A stretch of 50,370 bases of DNA from a virus (Duplodnaviria > Caudoviricetes): positions 1 to 50,370 of IMG/VR virus record IMGVR_UViG_3300021057_000003; one strand, given 5' to 3'. The first letter of the stretch is position 1. Every line of letters starts with the position of its first letter. The translations under genes and the position numbers were made by a program. The notes below the pieces were generated by a model, which ran no database searches, was not told the DNA's origin, and saw only the letters and a list, made by a program, of their open reading frames with translations. Positions 34,937 to 45,409 of this stretch are shown in pieces.

Positions 34937-36830
34937 CTCCTTGTGGCTGATCTTCTAATCCCAAAAGGCTCGCTCCTTGCGGCTTCGGGGGCGCTGGCTC
35001 CTTGTAGTCGGAGGCAGCTTCGTTGTAGAGCTCGATGAACTCCTTGAAGAGCTTTGGCTTGTTGGATGCGACGTACTCTGGGAAGAATGCTGCGCCAGTC
35101 TGCATCTTCTCAGTGAAGACTGCGCGGCGTTCTGAGACTTCCTGGTTCGCAAGCGATTCAGGAACCACGTTCACGTCGAGGTCCCATTCATCGAGGTAGT
35201 CGGACTTGAACGCGACGAGCTTGTAGTTCACGCCGTTCTCTGCCATCGCGTCTTCCCGCGCTTCGATCTCAGGGACGGACAACATCTCGCTCTCCTTGCC
35301 TGCGATCTGGATGCCGAGGGTTCCAATTGAGCCGTCTGCGAGCTCGGTGTCAGGCACGTTGTAGATCTTGGGTTCCATGGCTTCAATGCCTTCAGGGCCG
35401 ATGATCTTCTCGTACTTCGGCCTCATGTAGTTCATGAGGATGTTGATGATGCGGAGCCTGGTCTTCTGCACCCAGAGGTCTTCAAGGAACATGAAGAAGA
35501 TGCCCTTGAGCTTTCGGGCGTTCTCATTCGCTACGAGGATTTCCCGCGCGGTGACTCCCCTCCCCTGGATGCCTGATTGGTTCGCATCAAGCGATGCCAG
35601 GTCTCCCATGCGAGAGACGTACTGGAGCATCGCGATCTCGCCTGAGGTCACGCCATTGAAAGGCATCGGCTTTACGGCGTTTACGTCTGGCACGTAGATT
35701 TTGTTGTCCTGGTTCACGAGCTCTGTCTCGATGTCGAGGAGGTCTTTGTTCGCGAGGCCCACGAGCATCGGAGGGGTGAGGCTGCGGAACATCTTGTCCA
35801 AGATCGTGTTGAGGAGGGTGTTGTCGATGTCCTGGATGCCTTCGATCGTTGATGGGAAGGACTTTCCGTAGAAGAACTGGCCGTTCACGAAGGGTTCGAA
35901 GATGGTCTTCGAGAAGGGGTACATCTTTCGCTTCTTGCCCCAGACCAAGGGTGCGAGGAGAAGCGGTACGCCGTTCACCCAGATTTCGTAGCGGTCCTCG
36001 AACTTGTTGTAGAAGCGGATGACTTCGTAGTCGTCCTTGTCCTCGACTCGCTTGCCCCAGCTTTCAAGGAAATAGGTCTGCTCGGTTGAATCGAATCGCT
36101 TGATTGTGTCTTTGTCGTGGACGTGCTTGAAGTTCTTGTACTTACCAAACTCCATCTCCAGGGCTTCACGATCGTAGTGCTTTACCCATGCGAGTTTCGG
36201 CTGGTCCTGGATGTCGAAAATATTGAAATCCCAGATGTACATCTCCTGCAAGGGGACGATGAGATCGACCGGGCGGTCATCCACGATCTCTTCGCGCTCT
36301 TCGAACTTGATGTCTCCGGTAACGGTGTCGTATGAGCTGATGAATTTGCGCTTGTATTTCGTCTTCAGGTAGCCGTCACACTTGATGACCGTACCCTTTC
36401 CTGCGGCCTCCCATGCCTCGAAGAACATGGTGAGCTGCGGGTTCTCCATCATCCGTGAGTGGCGTACGAGCTGGCGGGTAGCTTCTGCCCTGGCAGCAGA
36501 AAAGAGGCCCCGCTTATTGACAGCCTCGAACTTCAGTTGTGGAACGGTGAGGGCAACGCCTGCGATGAGCGCCTTCATCTTGTTGCGGGTCACCGGGTTG
36601 AAGAGGTTCGATTGCCAGTCTTCCTTCCCTTGCGCTTCCCGTGAAGGTGTGTTCCCGTTGAGGCGTAGATCCGAGTCGTTGATGTACTGGACGAGGGTTC
36701 TATCACCATCCTCTCCGTTGAAGTGAGGGTAGGTCTCACCCCGACGTTCAATCATCGTCTCGATGTCTTTATAGACCGATGTTCGAATCTCCTGTTCTTT
36801 GTTTGTTAGTCTATAAGATTTTAAGGCCAT
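34911..36830 (-). CDS. Portal protein
   Basis: 639 aa; DWQSNLF.P.TR.K, GT.I, FYGKS.....IQ...N...N...D, TA.EI motifs of podovirus-type portals. Confidence 0.85.
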   Translation of the reverse strand: MALKSYRLTNKEQEIRTSVYKDIETMIERRGETYPHFNGEDGDRTLVQYINDSDLRLNGNTPSREAQGKEDWQSNLFNPVTRNKMKALIAGVALTVPQLKFEAVNKRGLFSAARAEATRQLVRHSRMMENPQLTMFFEAWEAAGKGTVIKCDGYLKTKYKRKFISSYDTVTGDIKFEEREEIVDDRPVDLIVPLQEMYIWDFNIFDIQDQPKLAWVKHYDREALEMEFGKYKNFKHVHDKDTIKRFDSTEQTYFLESWGKRVEDKDDYEVIRFYNKFEDRYEIWVNGVPLLLAPLVWGKKRKMYPFSKTIFEPFVNGQFFYGKSFPSTIEGIQDIDNTLLNTILDKMFRSLTPPMLVGLANKDLLDIETELVNQDNKIYVPDVNAVKPMPFNGVTSGEIAMLQYVSRMGDLASLDANQSGIQGRGVTAREILVANENARKLKGIFFMFLEDLWVQKTRLRIINILMNYMRPKYEKIIGPEGIEAMEPKIYNVPDTELADGSIGTLGIQIAGKESEMLSVPEIEAREDAMAENGVNYKLVAFKSDYLDEWDLDVNVVPESLANQEVSERRAVFTEKMQTGAAFFPEYVASNKPKLFKEFIELYNEAASDYKEPAPPKPQGASLLGLEDQPQGDEQPTPAI

Positions 36831-36902
36831 ATTGGTGCGCTAATTATAACTTACCCCCTGTGCTTCATTTACTCCTAATGAAATATATGGTTAGATTCTG
36901 GG

Positions 36903-37046
36903 ATGACAACACAAACCAAAGGAGAGATAGTCGAAGGACTTATGTACTTCATCGGCCTGGTAGCGGCATATATGCTCATATTTGCTCTGCCGATGTGGCT
37001 GGTTGAGGGGTATCAGTTCCTTTCTTCATATATTCAAACACTTTAA
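36903..37046 (+). CDS. 47-aa antisense membrane protein
   Basis: Manual translation MTTQTKGEIVEGLMYFIGLVAAYMLIFALPMWL... Confidence 0.5.
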   Translation: MTTQTKGEIVEGLMYFIGLVAAYMLIFALPMWLVEGYQFLSSYIQTL

Positions 37047-40000
37047 TCGCCTGCTCTTCTGCGGCTTCAGAGGACTGCCCTGACTGCTTCAGGCGGTCTT
37101 TGATCTTGGACATGATGAGTTGATCCGTTGCGTACTGCGTACGAACCTGTTCGCGCACCCTATCAACGACTGAATCCACGAGCTTCTCCTTCGCTCGGTC
37201 GGGCATGGCCTGGTAGCTCTCCTGCTTCATGATGTCTGCAAGGACGTTGTAGATAAGCTGGCCTGAAGCGATCTTGATGTCGCGATACTGTTCGTCCGTG
37301 ACTTCGAATCCGAATGCGGTCTGTGCAGGGAAACTGATGCTCTTGTCGATCGCCTTGAGCTCCTCGCGCACCATATCGACGGTGACAGGCGATGGGACAA
37401 CGGGCGAGATGAAACGGACAATGCCGGAACCTGGTCGCATCAAGTCTTTCCCAAAGACATCCACCTTGGAATCAAGCTTCTCTGAAAGCCAAGGGAGCTT
37501 CGCCATGTATGCGTCCTTGACGGAGTTGACTTCACGGAAGACGGGATCGGTTGCGCGGGCGACGGACGCAACACCTGAAGGAATGGTGGCACCAGTGACG
37601 AAGTTTTGGAGCCACTTCTCGGCCTTCGTAGGGTCCTGAGTCGCCTCGAAAAAATCCTGCATTCCAGCGACGAATGACTTGTCTAGGAAGTTCGCAGACA
37701 TGATGAAGAACACATGTGACATGCGTTCAGCGGTGCCCATCTCGTCCTCATTCTTGATGGATTGCCCGACTGCCGCCGCTGCGGTGAACCACTCAGCGAA
37801 CGGGGAGAAGCGGGCATAGGGATACCACTTGTCTCCGATCTGTACCGAGTAGGCTTGCTTCCCGCTTGCGAAGAAGTCGTCTCGCTCCACAGGATTCTTG
37901 GGTGCTGCAAGGGTGATTCGGTCTTCAAGGGCGTATTGAACGAGTCCGAGTGTCGCTACCGTTCCAAGTGTCATCTTCGCCAGAGCATCAGCGCGAGTGC
38001 CAGGCAAGCTCAGTTGTTTTCGAACACTGGGAAGAACAGGTGCGACAGGCGAGAACTCGATAGCCCGGTTGATGAGGTTCGCGAGCGTGTGGAAAAACGG
38101 GACGATGAACTTGACCGCGGGAAGGTCGTGGCGGATCGAGTCGAGCTTCGCGAGGATTGGATGGAGGTCATCCTGGAAGAGCGTCTCGTTAGCAGCCTCG
38201 TGCGCCTGCTTGATGAGATCTGGACTTGGGTTTGAGACTGACTCGCCCATGAAGCGGGCATATTCATCTGTACCCGGCTTCAAGCCTTTCTGAATCGCAA
38301 GTCGTCCTACTGCGACGTACATCTCTCCCCAATGTGCAGGCTGGCGGAGCACGGTGTCTTGCACGCCCAGAAGGCGGAACGGCATTCGGATTACTTTGCC
38401 GGTCTTGTCGAGGGCCTTGTCGAACCAGGTGTCCTTCCCTGGCCTTCCTTTGATTGCTGGTCCACGAGGGTTGAAGTCTTTGACCTGCTTGGCTTTTTGG
38501 GCGAAGTTCTCATCACTCAGTGCTTTAAGCGCATTGCGCGGGGCCATCTTCCATCCCATCCACTGTCCGATAGCTTCGTTCTTGATGTCAGCTAAGAACC
38601 GCTCGCGCCGTTGGCCGGTGATCTTCGCATCAACCGAATCAATGATTGCGGCGATGGGACGAAGCGCAAAGCGATTGAACAACATTGCGGCCGATGTAGC
38701 CGTGTTGACCACGAATGTCGGTATTGCTGTGAGCTTGATAGCGGTAGCAAACTCCACTGCCATCTCCAAGGCCGTCGCCTGGCGCATACTGCGAAGGAGA
38801 TCCGCGACCTCGTCAGCATCGTCGCCTATTGTTTCGAGCTTCTTGAGGGCATACTCCTTGAGTTCATCAGCTACTTCCTTGTTCGCCAACCACTTGCTAA
38901 AGAGTTGTTCTTCCTGAGTGATCTTGTCCATTGAGAGCTGGAAGGCTCGGAGGGAGCGTCCTGCCTCCGCCGCTGCTCCTCGTTCGACGGCACGAAGCCG
39001 GGCGAGCTTGACCTTCTCCTTGCCTGCCTGTTCGGCCAGCTCCAGGTATTCCGGAGTGCCTTCGTCGAGGGTGCTTAGGGCTGCTCTGTAGCTCTCATAC
39101 GTCTCACGTACGTTTGCCGTGATGCCACGGATTGCTAACTGCTCCTCCTCGTTGAACGCTCGCCCCAACTTGAAGCCGAGTACTTGGTCCTCGGTGAACC
39201 CAAGCTCACGAGCCTTTGCCTTCGCGGCTTCGTCACCCACTACGCCGCGAGTTCGATCACGGAGTTCATCAATGCCACCAGGGTTTATCTCCGGTGTCTC
39301 TTCGATGTACCTTTGTTCGGTCTTAGGAAGCTGTGCGATTTCGTCGGGTGTAAGTGCAGTGGGAGACGGAAGCGCATCAGCTTTCAGCACCGACTCAAAC
39401 GCCTTCCGCGCCTGGGCGTGATTGGAAATAAAGGTTGTTCGGTCAACTTCACGAGCCACTTCAGCAACCCGCTTGGGATTCGCGTCGAGGTGGATCTGCG
39501 ATTCATTTGCGGAGGAAGCCGGAATCGCTTTGAGTTCATCCTTCAGCGCAGTCAATTCATCAGGAGTGAGCCGTGTGAAGACCTTCTCGCCGTCCTTAGT
39601 GATGTATGAAATGACTGAATCAGCGGCCTCGCTTGCTGCCGGTGTTCTGGTAAAAAGCTCATGCTTGCGCGTTGCGGCAGTGAAGGTCTGGATGATCTCT
39701 TTGTCATCGGTGGACTTAGCAAGCTTGGGTGCTACCTCCGAAATCACGATGTCTGAGAGCCCTGCTGACTTGAGTACCTTGGTTACGTCCTCTGTGGTAT
39801 TTGCGCGCTTGAGAGAACGGACGATCCCTTTGAGACCGCCTCCGCCTGGCATGGCATCAAGTACGCCGAGTGCCACAGTGAGAGTACCTGCTGTCTTTTC
39901 TGAAAGTCCGCCGAGGTTGAGCGCTTCGAGGAGCTCCTTATCTTCGGAGGTTGCATCAAAGGGTTTGTCTGTTCCGAAGATCGCTTTGCCCAACTTCTCA

Positions 40001-40461
40001 TTCCCGAGAAATGTTTTTGGATCAATCGTCCGAGAATCGGCTGTGCCCAGCTTTTCAGCTATGAATCCACCAGTCGCTGCGTACCCGCGCGCGGTGCCTT
40101 GGCCGACTACCTTCGCGACCTGGGGTACTGCCTTAGCAGCCGAAGTGAGAACAGAGGCTGTATTTTCCGTGGTCTCCTGAGGTGTGGTCTGTGCGGTGCT
40201 GAAGTCCGGTTGTGCCTGCTGGGTGATCTTGAGAGACAGTGGTTCAAGGGGTTTCTTGGGAACAGCAAGGAGCGCTTGCTTCATCGTGTCGTACGGTGTA
40301 CGAGGGAGAACAAGAGCTTTCGCAACCACTGGAGCTGGAGCGGCCTGCTTAGCCTCCTTCAGTCGCTGGTAGGCAGCAGTAAAACCACCTGCGGGAGTGG
40401 TAGTGTTTACGCTGTCTCCTCCAGATTTTTTCTTCTTGTACGCATCGAGGAATGCTCCCAT
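36976..40461 (-). CDS. Large internal virion / DNA ejection protein
   Basis: 1161 aa, helical; P.R.L...D, IVPF..T..N, W..Y...PF motifs; position after the tail genes. Confidence 0.7.
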   Translation of the reverse strand: MGAFLDAYKKKKSGGDSVNTTTPAGGFTAAYQRLKEAKQAAPAPVVAKALVLPRTPYDTMKQALLAVPKKPLEPLSLKITQQAQPDFSTAQTTPQETTENTASVLTSAAKAVPQVAKVVGQGTARGYAATGGFIAEKLGTADSRTIDPKTFLGNEKLGKAIFGTDKPFDATSEDKELLEALNLGGLSEKTAGTLTVALGVLDAMPGGGGLKGIVRSLKRANTTEDVTKVLKSAGLSDIVISEVAPKLAKSTDDKEIIQTFTAATRKHELFTRTPAASEAADSVISYITKDGEKVFTRLTPDELTALKDELKAIPASSANESQIHLDANPKRVAEVAREVDRTTFISNHAQARKAFESVLKADALPSPTALTPDEIAQLPKTEQRYIEETPEINPGGIDELRDRTRGVVGDEAAKAKARELGFTEDQVLGFKLGRAFNEEEQLAIRGITANVRETYESYRAALSTLDEGTPEYLELAEQAGKEKVKLARLRAVERGAAAEAGRSLRAFQLSMDKITQEEQLFSKWLANKEVADELKEYALKKLETIGDDADEVADLLRSMRQATALEMAVEFATAIKLTAIPTFVVNTATSAAMLFNRFALRPIAAIIDSVDAKITGQRRERFLADIKNEAIGQWMGWKMAPRNALKALSDENFAQKAKQVKDFNPRGPAIKGRPGKDTWFDKALDKTGKVIRMPFRLLGVQDTVLRQPAHWGEMYVAVGRLAIQKGLKPGTDEYARFMGESVSNPSPDLIKQAHEAANETLFQDDLHPILAKLDSIRHDLPAVKFIVPFFHTLANLINRAIEFSPVAPVLPSVRKQLSLPGTRADALAKMTLGTVATLGLVQYALEDRITLAAPKNPVERDDFFASGKQAYSVQIGDKWYPYARFSPFAEWFTAAAAVGQSIKNEDEMGTAERMSHVFFIMSANFLDKSFVAGMQDFFEATQDPTKAEKWLQNFVTGATIPSGVASVARATDPVFREVNSVKDAYMAKLPWLSEKLDSKVDVFGKDLMRPGSGIVRFISPVVPSPVTVDMVREELKAIDKSISFPAQTAFGFEVTDEQYRDIKIASGQLIYNVLADIMKQESYQAMPDRAKEKLVDSVVDRVREQVRTQYATDQLIMSKIKDRLKQSGQSSEAAEEQAIKVFEYMKKGTDTPQPATSAEQI

Positions 40462-40463
40462 GC

Positions 40464-41489
40464 TTAGGAAGGATTTTGCTCAAGAGCCTTTTTAATTGCT
40501 TCGTCTATAAGGGCGTCACTGCTGTCGGTGGTGTCGGTCTTCATCTGGTCCTTGATGTACTGCGGAACGGAAGGATCATTTGGGTTCACCCAGATGTTCG
40601 GAGGGAACTGTTTGAAGAACTCAGTCGCTCCGTAATTGTTTCGAAGCCATTCGTCGTACATAGCTTCGTAGGTTCCGGAGTTCGTGTAGCCGTCATCTCC
40701 TCGTTCCGTGTTCAAGATACTCGTCACTTCTCCGAGTTCCTCGCGGGTGACCTTCCCTCCCCCTGTATCAATACTGCCTCCACCACCTCCATCTGGCGTA
40801 GCAAAAATCACCTTCGCGACCTGGTTGCCGTCCTTGTCGGTCGTGACCGCAACGAGCCCTTTGCTCGTGCTGAAGATCTGAGCGTCCTTCACCTTGTCCT
40901 GGAGTGCGGTTGCAGCAAGTCCCATCGCGTCCTCCAGTGAGCCTGCCTTCTGTATGAGCTTTACCTGATCTGCGGTTGCGCCTTCTTCGAGGGCTTTGAG
41001 TGCGAGCTCGGTAATGCTCTGTTTGTCCTTCTCGATGGATTCGTTCTGAGACTTCACTGCTGCCATCGCATCGTCATGGAGACGGTCGCTGGATTTGTCA
41101 AAGATGGTGTTGACGCTTGAGATGAGGCTCGTGAATGTGCCTGCGCCGACTGAGCCCTTCGGAACCACTCCTCCGAGGTAGTCGAGTGCTGAGGAGTTGC
41201 GTTGTGCGCGACCGAGTTCGATCGCCTTATTGAGTGCAGCGGAGAAGCGGGTGATGTCCGTTGGCTTCTGTTGCGGGAGCGCCGTGTCGGTCGTGGTCTT
41301 GAGAGCTGGAAGTTGCGTGGAAGTCTCCTGGCCGAAGCGCTTTGTGTTTGCGACGGATTCCTCTGATGCCTGGAGGGCTCCTGACTGGAGCTTCTTCACG
41401 ATTGAGGAGTCAGCGACTGCTTTCAAGCCGGTGTCTGTTTTCTCGAAGTACGCCTTTCCTTTTGGTGTGTTGTAGTAAACGAAGCTCAT
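40464..41489 (-). CDS. Putative ejection (pilot) protein
   Basis: Position and composition. Confidence 0.55.
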   Translation of the reverse strand: MSFVYYNTPKGKAYFEKTDTGLKAVADSSIVKKLQSGALQASEESVANTKRFGQETSTQLPALKTTTDTALPQQKPTDITRFSAALNKAIELGRAQRNSSALDYLGGVVPKGSVGAGTFTSLISSVNTIFDKSSDRLHDDAMAAVKSQNESIEKDKQSITELALKALEEGATADQVKLIQKAGSLEDAMGLAATALQDKVKDAQIFSTSKGLVAVTTDKDGNQVAKVIFATPDGGGGGSIDTGGGKVTREELGEVTSILNTERGDDGYTNSGTYEAMYDEWLRNNYGATEFFKQFPPNIWVNPNDPSVPQYIKDQMKTDTTDSSDALIDEAIKKALEQNPS

Positions 41490-41490
41490 A

Positions 41491-42567
41491 CTAGAAGAGA
41501 AGATTTTTTACGCCGCTGATAGTGTCCTCCATACGATCCTGCTCCAATGTGCCAACAACGTCCCCGAGGCCGCTCAAGCCTTCAAGGGCTGGAAGGTTCC
41601 CGGTTCCAAGGAGTTCCTCACCCCTGCGGAAGAGGTCGATTTTTCCTGAGCGTGCGACTTCAGTGAGGCGCTGGATCTCGTCGGTGGTGTCGCGCTCTTC
41701 ACGTACGAGGCCGGTCTGAATGTCCTCGATCTGCGAGCCAAAGCGCCTGCGGGTTGATTCGCGGAGGTCTCCGGTCGTCTCTTCGAGAAGGCGCTCTTTC
41801 TCCACACGGCGAGAGGACGAGCCAAGGCCAGAGGCAGCAAGGTCCTGGCGGGTGTCGGTGAGGGTCTCGGTGTACGCGCGCTCAATCTCCTTGAGGTCGG
41901 ACATCTCTTCAAGGGTCAGGAGGTTCTTCTTCGTTGCGACATCCATTCGAAGGTCTTCGAGACGCTTCCGTGCCTGCTTCTCCTTGAACTCCTTCTCCTT
42001 GGTGATCTCTACGAAGCCGCGCTGGAGCTCGTCTTTCGCGAGCCTGAGCTTCTGTTTGAAAATGGGATTCGCGTACTGGGAGGCGACTTCGAAGGCTTTG
42101 GTGAGCTTTTCAGCCTGGACAGAGTTGTTCTCTGCGATGGTGCGGAAGATGTTGAGGACGGCTTCCTGTTCGTCGGGAGGGAGGTCCTTGAACTCAGCGG
42201 AGCCGGTGAGCTTCGACTCGTCAAAAACACCAGGCTTTGCCTCGTTTTTTGGCTTCTCCTCTTTCTTTTCTTTCTTTTCCACCTTCTCGTCTATCGGCCC
42301 CTTCATCGCTGCCTTCACGCGGTCGATGGTCTGCTGAGGAGTCTCGTAGCCTGTGGAGGTCTTTGTTTTCAGCGTCGATTTGGAAGAGGACTTGGAAGAA
42401 GAGGAAGAAGAGTTCTTAGAGGAGGACGAGGAGCTGTTCTTAGATGAAGATGAACCTCTCGTCATTGACTTAGCTTTGTCAAGTGCCTTCTTAGCACTAG
42501 ACATTGCCTTGTCAGACTTGCTTGACTTGGACTTTGAGCTCTTCTTTTTCTTTTTCTTTTTCGCCAT
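41491..42567 (-). CDS. Putative ejection protein with K/S-rich N-terminus
   Basis: Poly-K/S tail; coiled-coil; LA.SGLGSS motif. Confidence 0.55.
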   Translation of the reverse strand: MAKKKKKKKSSKSKSSKSDKAMSSAKKALDKAKSMTRGSSSSKNSSSSSSKNSSSSSSKSSSKSTLKTKTSTGYETPQQTIDRVKAAMKGPIDEKVEKKEKKEEKPKNEAKPGVFDESKLTGSAEFKDLPPDEQEAVLNIFRTIAENNSVQAEKLTKAFEVASQYANPIFKQKLRLAKDELQRGFVEITKEKEFKEKQARKRLEDLRMDVATKKNLLTLEEMSDLKEIERAYTETLTDTRQDLAASGLGSSSRRVEKERLLEETTGDLRESTRRRFGSQIEDIQTGLVREERDTTDEIQRLTEVARSGKIDLFRRGEELLGTGNLPALEGLSGLGDVVGTLEQDRMEDTISGVKNLLF

Positions 42568-42586
42568 GATGTTGTGTAATTATAAA

Positions 42587-43948
42587 CTACAGCTTGCGCG
42601 GGGTTATGAGTAAGGCATCTATCACTCCGTTGCTGTCATTGGTGGTGTAGGCTTCCAGAGCGATTGCGAAGGCCATATCGCCCGCTCCAGCCTTCGCGGC
42701 GATACCAGCCTCAGAGTAGGTGCAGAGGAAGTCACCTACTGCGATGTCGGTGGTGCCATTCACCTTGAGGGAGGTCGTTTTTCCTTCGATCAAAATTCTT
42801 GTATCGGTGAAATTCAAAGTTGCCTCAAGAACAACTCCTACGACTAAGTCGTCTCCGACCGTTGTGGTAGTCGTAAAGCCACCTGCTGGATTGGCTGGAT
42901 CTATAATTACGACGTGTCCGACGACAGAAGTTGCACCAGTATTGTTAAAGAGAGACAGCACTCGGCGTGCTGTTGAAAGATCGTGGTGTGGGTCGTGCCA
43001 AATGGTATTTGGGGTGTCGCCGATACTAACTGTGTCACCTATCTCAGACGCAATAACGGTGTTGTTTTTTCCGGTGATGTCTATTCCGTCACCCCCGTTG
43101 CCAGTCGCGTAACAAGATAACAATCTGTTGAAATTTCCATCTATGTCGAAACCTTCGACGCCATTGTCAGATGCTTCACAGTTTATGAATACCACACGGG
43201 TGTTTGTTGCTGAAGTCTGAGAAAATCCATCTAGAGTATTCTCGTTTGCGACACAAGAGATGAACGACAGGCGATGAGAGTTTGTTACACGGATGTGGAA
43301 ACCATTGCCGGTATTGTTAGTGGCCGTACAGGACAAGAGAGTAATCCGCAGCACGGAGGCTGCGGAATCACCACTGAAATCAAAACCGTCACCGTCATTT
43401 CCATCGCAGAGCACATTATGAACAAAGCCGTGCTCCGACCTCTCGATAAAAATACCGTCGTCGTCATTTGACGTAACGCGAATATTCTCAATACGGAAGT
43501 ACTTCGCGTAATCAAGTCTGATGGCTTCTACTGTTGAGTTTTGAATGGTTAGGTTTGATATGGAAAAGTTGAGAATCTCCGCTCCCGCCGTACCCATATA
43601 CCGTATGCCAACGGGGTTGGTTCCGAAGTCAAGGATTGTCTGGTCACGGCCCTCACCTACGATAGAGATTTTTGAAGCGCCAACAATGCTCTCAGTGAGG
43701 TTGTAAGTTCCAGCCTGAAGAAAGAGGATGCCGCCGCCCGCGCTCTTCAAAGTGCCAATCGCAGCGTTGATGTTTTCGCCTGGTTTTACTGTTGCGGTAC
43801 GGCCAGCAAAGTTTGATGTTCTGAGGGTACCCCCCTGAAGAATGGTGTTTTCGGAAGAAATACTTTTGTTGATGTCACTGAAAAAGAGCGGCTCAGAGAC
43901 GTTCTCGGTGACGGGTGTATTCGGATCGTAATCACGTTCAACTGACAT
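42587..43948 (-). CDS. Right-handed beta-helix tailspike/depolymerase-like protein
   Basis: I.AAI...GG.L.L.AGTY; repeated N..DGF; C-terminal DUF2190-like domain. Confidence 0.8.
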   Translation of the reverse strand: MSVERDYDPNTPVTENVSEPLFFSDINKSISSENTILQGGTLRTSNFAGRTATVKPGENINAAIGTLKSAGGGILFLQAGTYNLTESIVGASKISIVGEGRDQTILDFGTNPVGIRYMGTAGAEILNFSISNLTIQNSTVEAIRLDYAKYFRIENIRVTSNDDDGIFIERSEHGFVHNVLCDGNDGDGFDFSGDSAASVLRITLLSCTATNNTGNGFHIRVTNSHRLSFISCVANENTLDGFSQTSATNTRVVFINCEASDNGVEGFDIDGNFNRLLSCYATGNGGDGIDITGKNNTVIASEIGDTVSIGDTPNTIWHDPHHDLSTARRVLSLFNNTGATSVVGHVVIIDPANPAGGFTTTTTVGDDLVVGVVLEATLNFTDTRILIEGKTTSLKVNGTTDIAVGDFLCTYSEAGIAAKAGAGDMAFAIALEAYTTNDSNGVIDALLITPRKL

Positions 43949-45407
43949 AACTCCGAAGCACCTGGACGTTAGGTATCTCGACCTCTTTTAAGATTCCGCG
44001 GGCTCCAGACACTGATCCTGCGACAGAGATCTGGAAGCTGTTACCTCTCAAGGGAGAGTTCGCTTTCATTTCGCTCACCGGACGGTTCACCACTCCCATG
44101 TCGATGGCGGTGCCATCGCACGAGACCGTGACCTTTGCTCCATCCATGTTCGAGGAGTTCACGATGATCTGGTCTGCGAGCTCTTTGACCTGGTTGTAGT
44201 TGAAGTCCTCCTCCTCGTAGGTGACTTCGAAGAAGATGGGCTTGCTGCTGTAGTCGGTGTACGTTGCTGCTTTGTCGTAGTGGAGTACGGTTCCATCATC
44301 CGTTCCTGCGACGACCACGTTCTTTCCCCCGGTGACGTAGGAAGAGAAGACGGTGATCTCGTTCGGGTAGCTGCGGACACTCCACTGATCGAGGACGCGG
44401 TTCCAGCGGACCACTACGTTGTTGTACGTGCGGCCGTCAACGGTCACGTCTCCGATGGACCACCAGAATGCACGCGCATTGCCCCAGCCTCCGATGTTCG
44501 CTTCGGAAGCCTGCGGGATGGCGTCGATCCACTTCTTGATGTTGCGTACGCGGTCGTGAGAGATGGGGATTGGGCGTTCGCCGTTCGTGATGTAGAAGCC
44601 GCGGGCTTGTTCTGATGAGGCGCTGAAGAAAGCACAGAGTCCTCCCGCATTCACGATGGATTCGTGAGACGGGGTTCCGATCTGGATGAGAGTCTCAGGG
44701 AAAGCAGAGTCGAATGACCACCGCTTCATTGCTCGCTCTTTGAAGATGAGAAGGTAGCCAGGTACTTTCCCAAGGCCGGTGATTCCCCCTCCTCCGTCCT
44801 CAGGCTCGATGTCCACGTAGCCGTTTCCCGAGGTCCAGGACACTGCCCCTGATACCGGGGTGGAGCTGTAGTAGAGGCGGTCTGGTTGTGCGGTGTCTCC
44901 TGCGACGTAGACACGATCGAGCCATTCAAGGCCGATGTTCACGGTGTTCGATGAAGGAATGTTCGCGAGGTCGAATGCACCGCCTGTGGTAATGACCGTT
45001 GCGCCGTCATAGCTTGCCTCTGCGTCTGCGCCATTCAGCATCAGTACAGAGTCGAGGAACGACACGAAGCGCATCTTCTTCGAGGCGGTGAGGCCAGTGC
45101 GGATCGTTCCGGTGCCGACCTTGTCGACGACTGACGTTGCTCCACCTGAGGCGTTCACAGTGGCAAGAAGGGCGTGATTGCTGCCGTCTGCGTCTCGGAA
45201 ATCATGGAGGCCCAAGATCCGCATTCCTGCGACGAGCTGGGAGCCCACGATGTCTGTGCCGAGCCTGGTTACCGCGCTACCGATCTCCTCGTCAAAATCC
45301 ACATTCAGGCCAAGAGCCACCACGTTTTTAGGCATGAGGTTCTTATTGACGCCAGTCACCATCCCGCCGCTTACGTCTTTATAGAATTGTGGATTGGTAT
45401 TTGCCAT
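43938..45407 (-). CDS. Tail nozzle / DNA stabilization protein (beta-propeller)
   Basis: GGM...NVDF; RVYVAG...RLYYS; ITGL...LLIFKE. Confidence 0.75.
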   Translation of the reverse strand: MANTNPQFYKDVSGGMVTGVNKNLMPKNVVALGLNVDFDEEIGSAVTRLGTDIVGSQLVAGMRILGLHDFRDADGSNHALLATVNASGGATSVVDKVGTGTIRTGLTASKKMRFVSFLDSVLMLNGADAEASYDGATVITTGGAFDLANIPSSNTVNIGLEWLDRVYVAGDTAQPDRLYYSSTPVSGAVSWTSGNGYVDIEPEDGGGGITGLGKVPGYLLIFKERAMKRWSFDSAFPETLIQIGTPSHESIVNAGGLCAFFSASSEQARGFYITNGERPIPISHDRVRNIKKWIDAIPQASEANIGGWGNARAFWWSIGDVTVDGRTYNNVVVRWNRVLDQWSVRSYPNEITVFSSYVTGGKNVVVAGTDDGTVLHYDKAATYTDYSSKPIFFEVTYEEEDFNYNQVKELADQIIVNSSNMDGAKVTVSCDGTAIDMGVVNRPVSEMKANSPLRGNSFQISVAGSVSGARGILKEVEIPNVQVLRSYVS

Positions 45408-45409
45408 GC

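Noticed and set aside
42380-42567. Tandem GAAGAG/TTC-type repeats
   Set aside because: Explained by the low-complexity K/S-rich protein N-terminus
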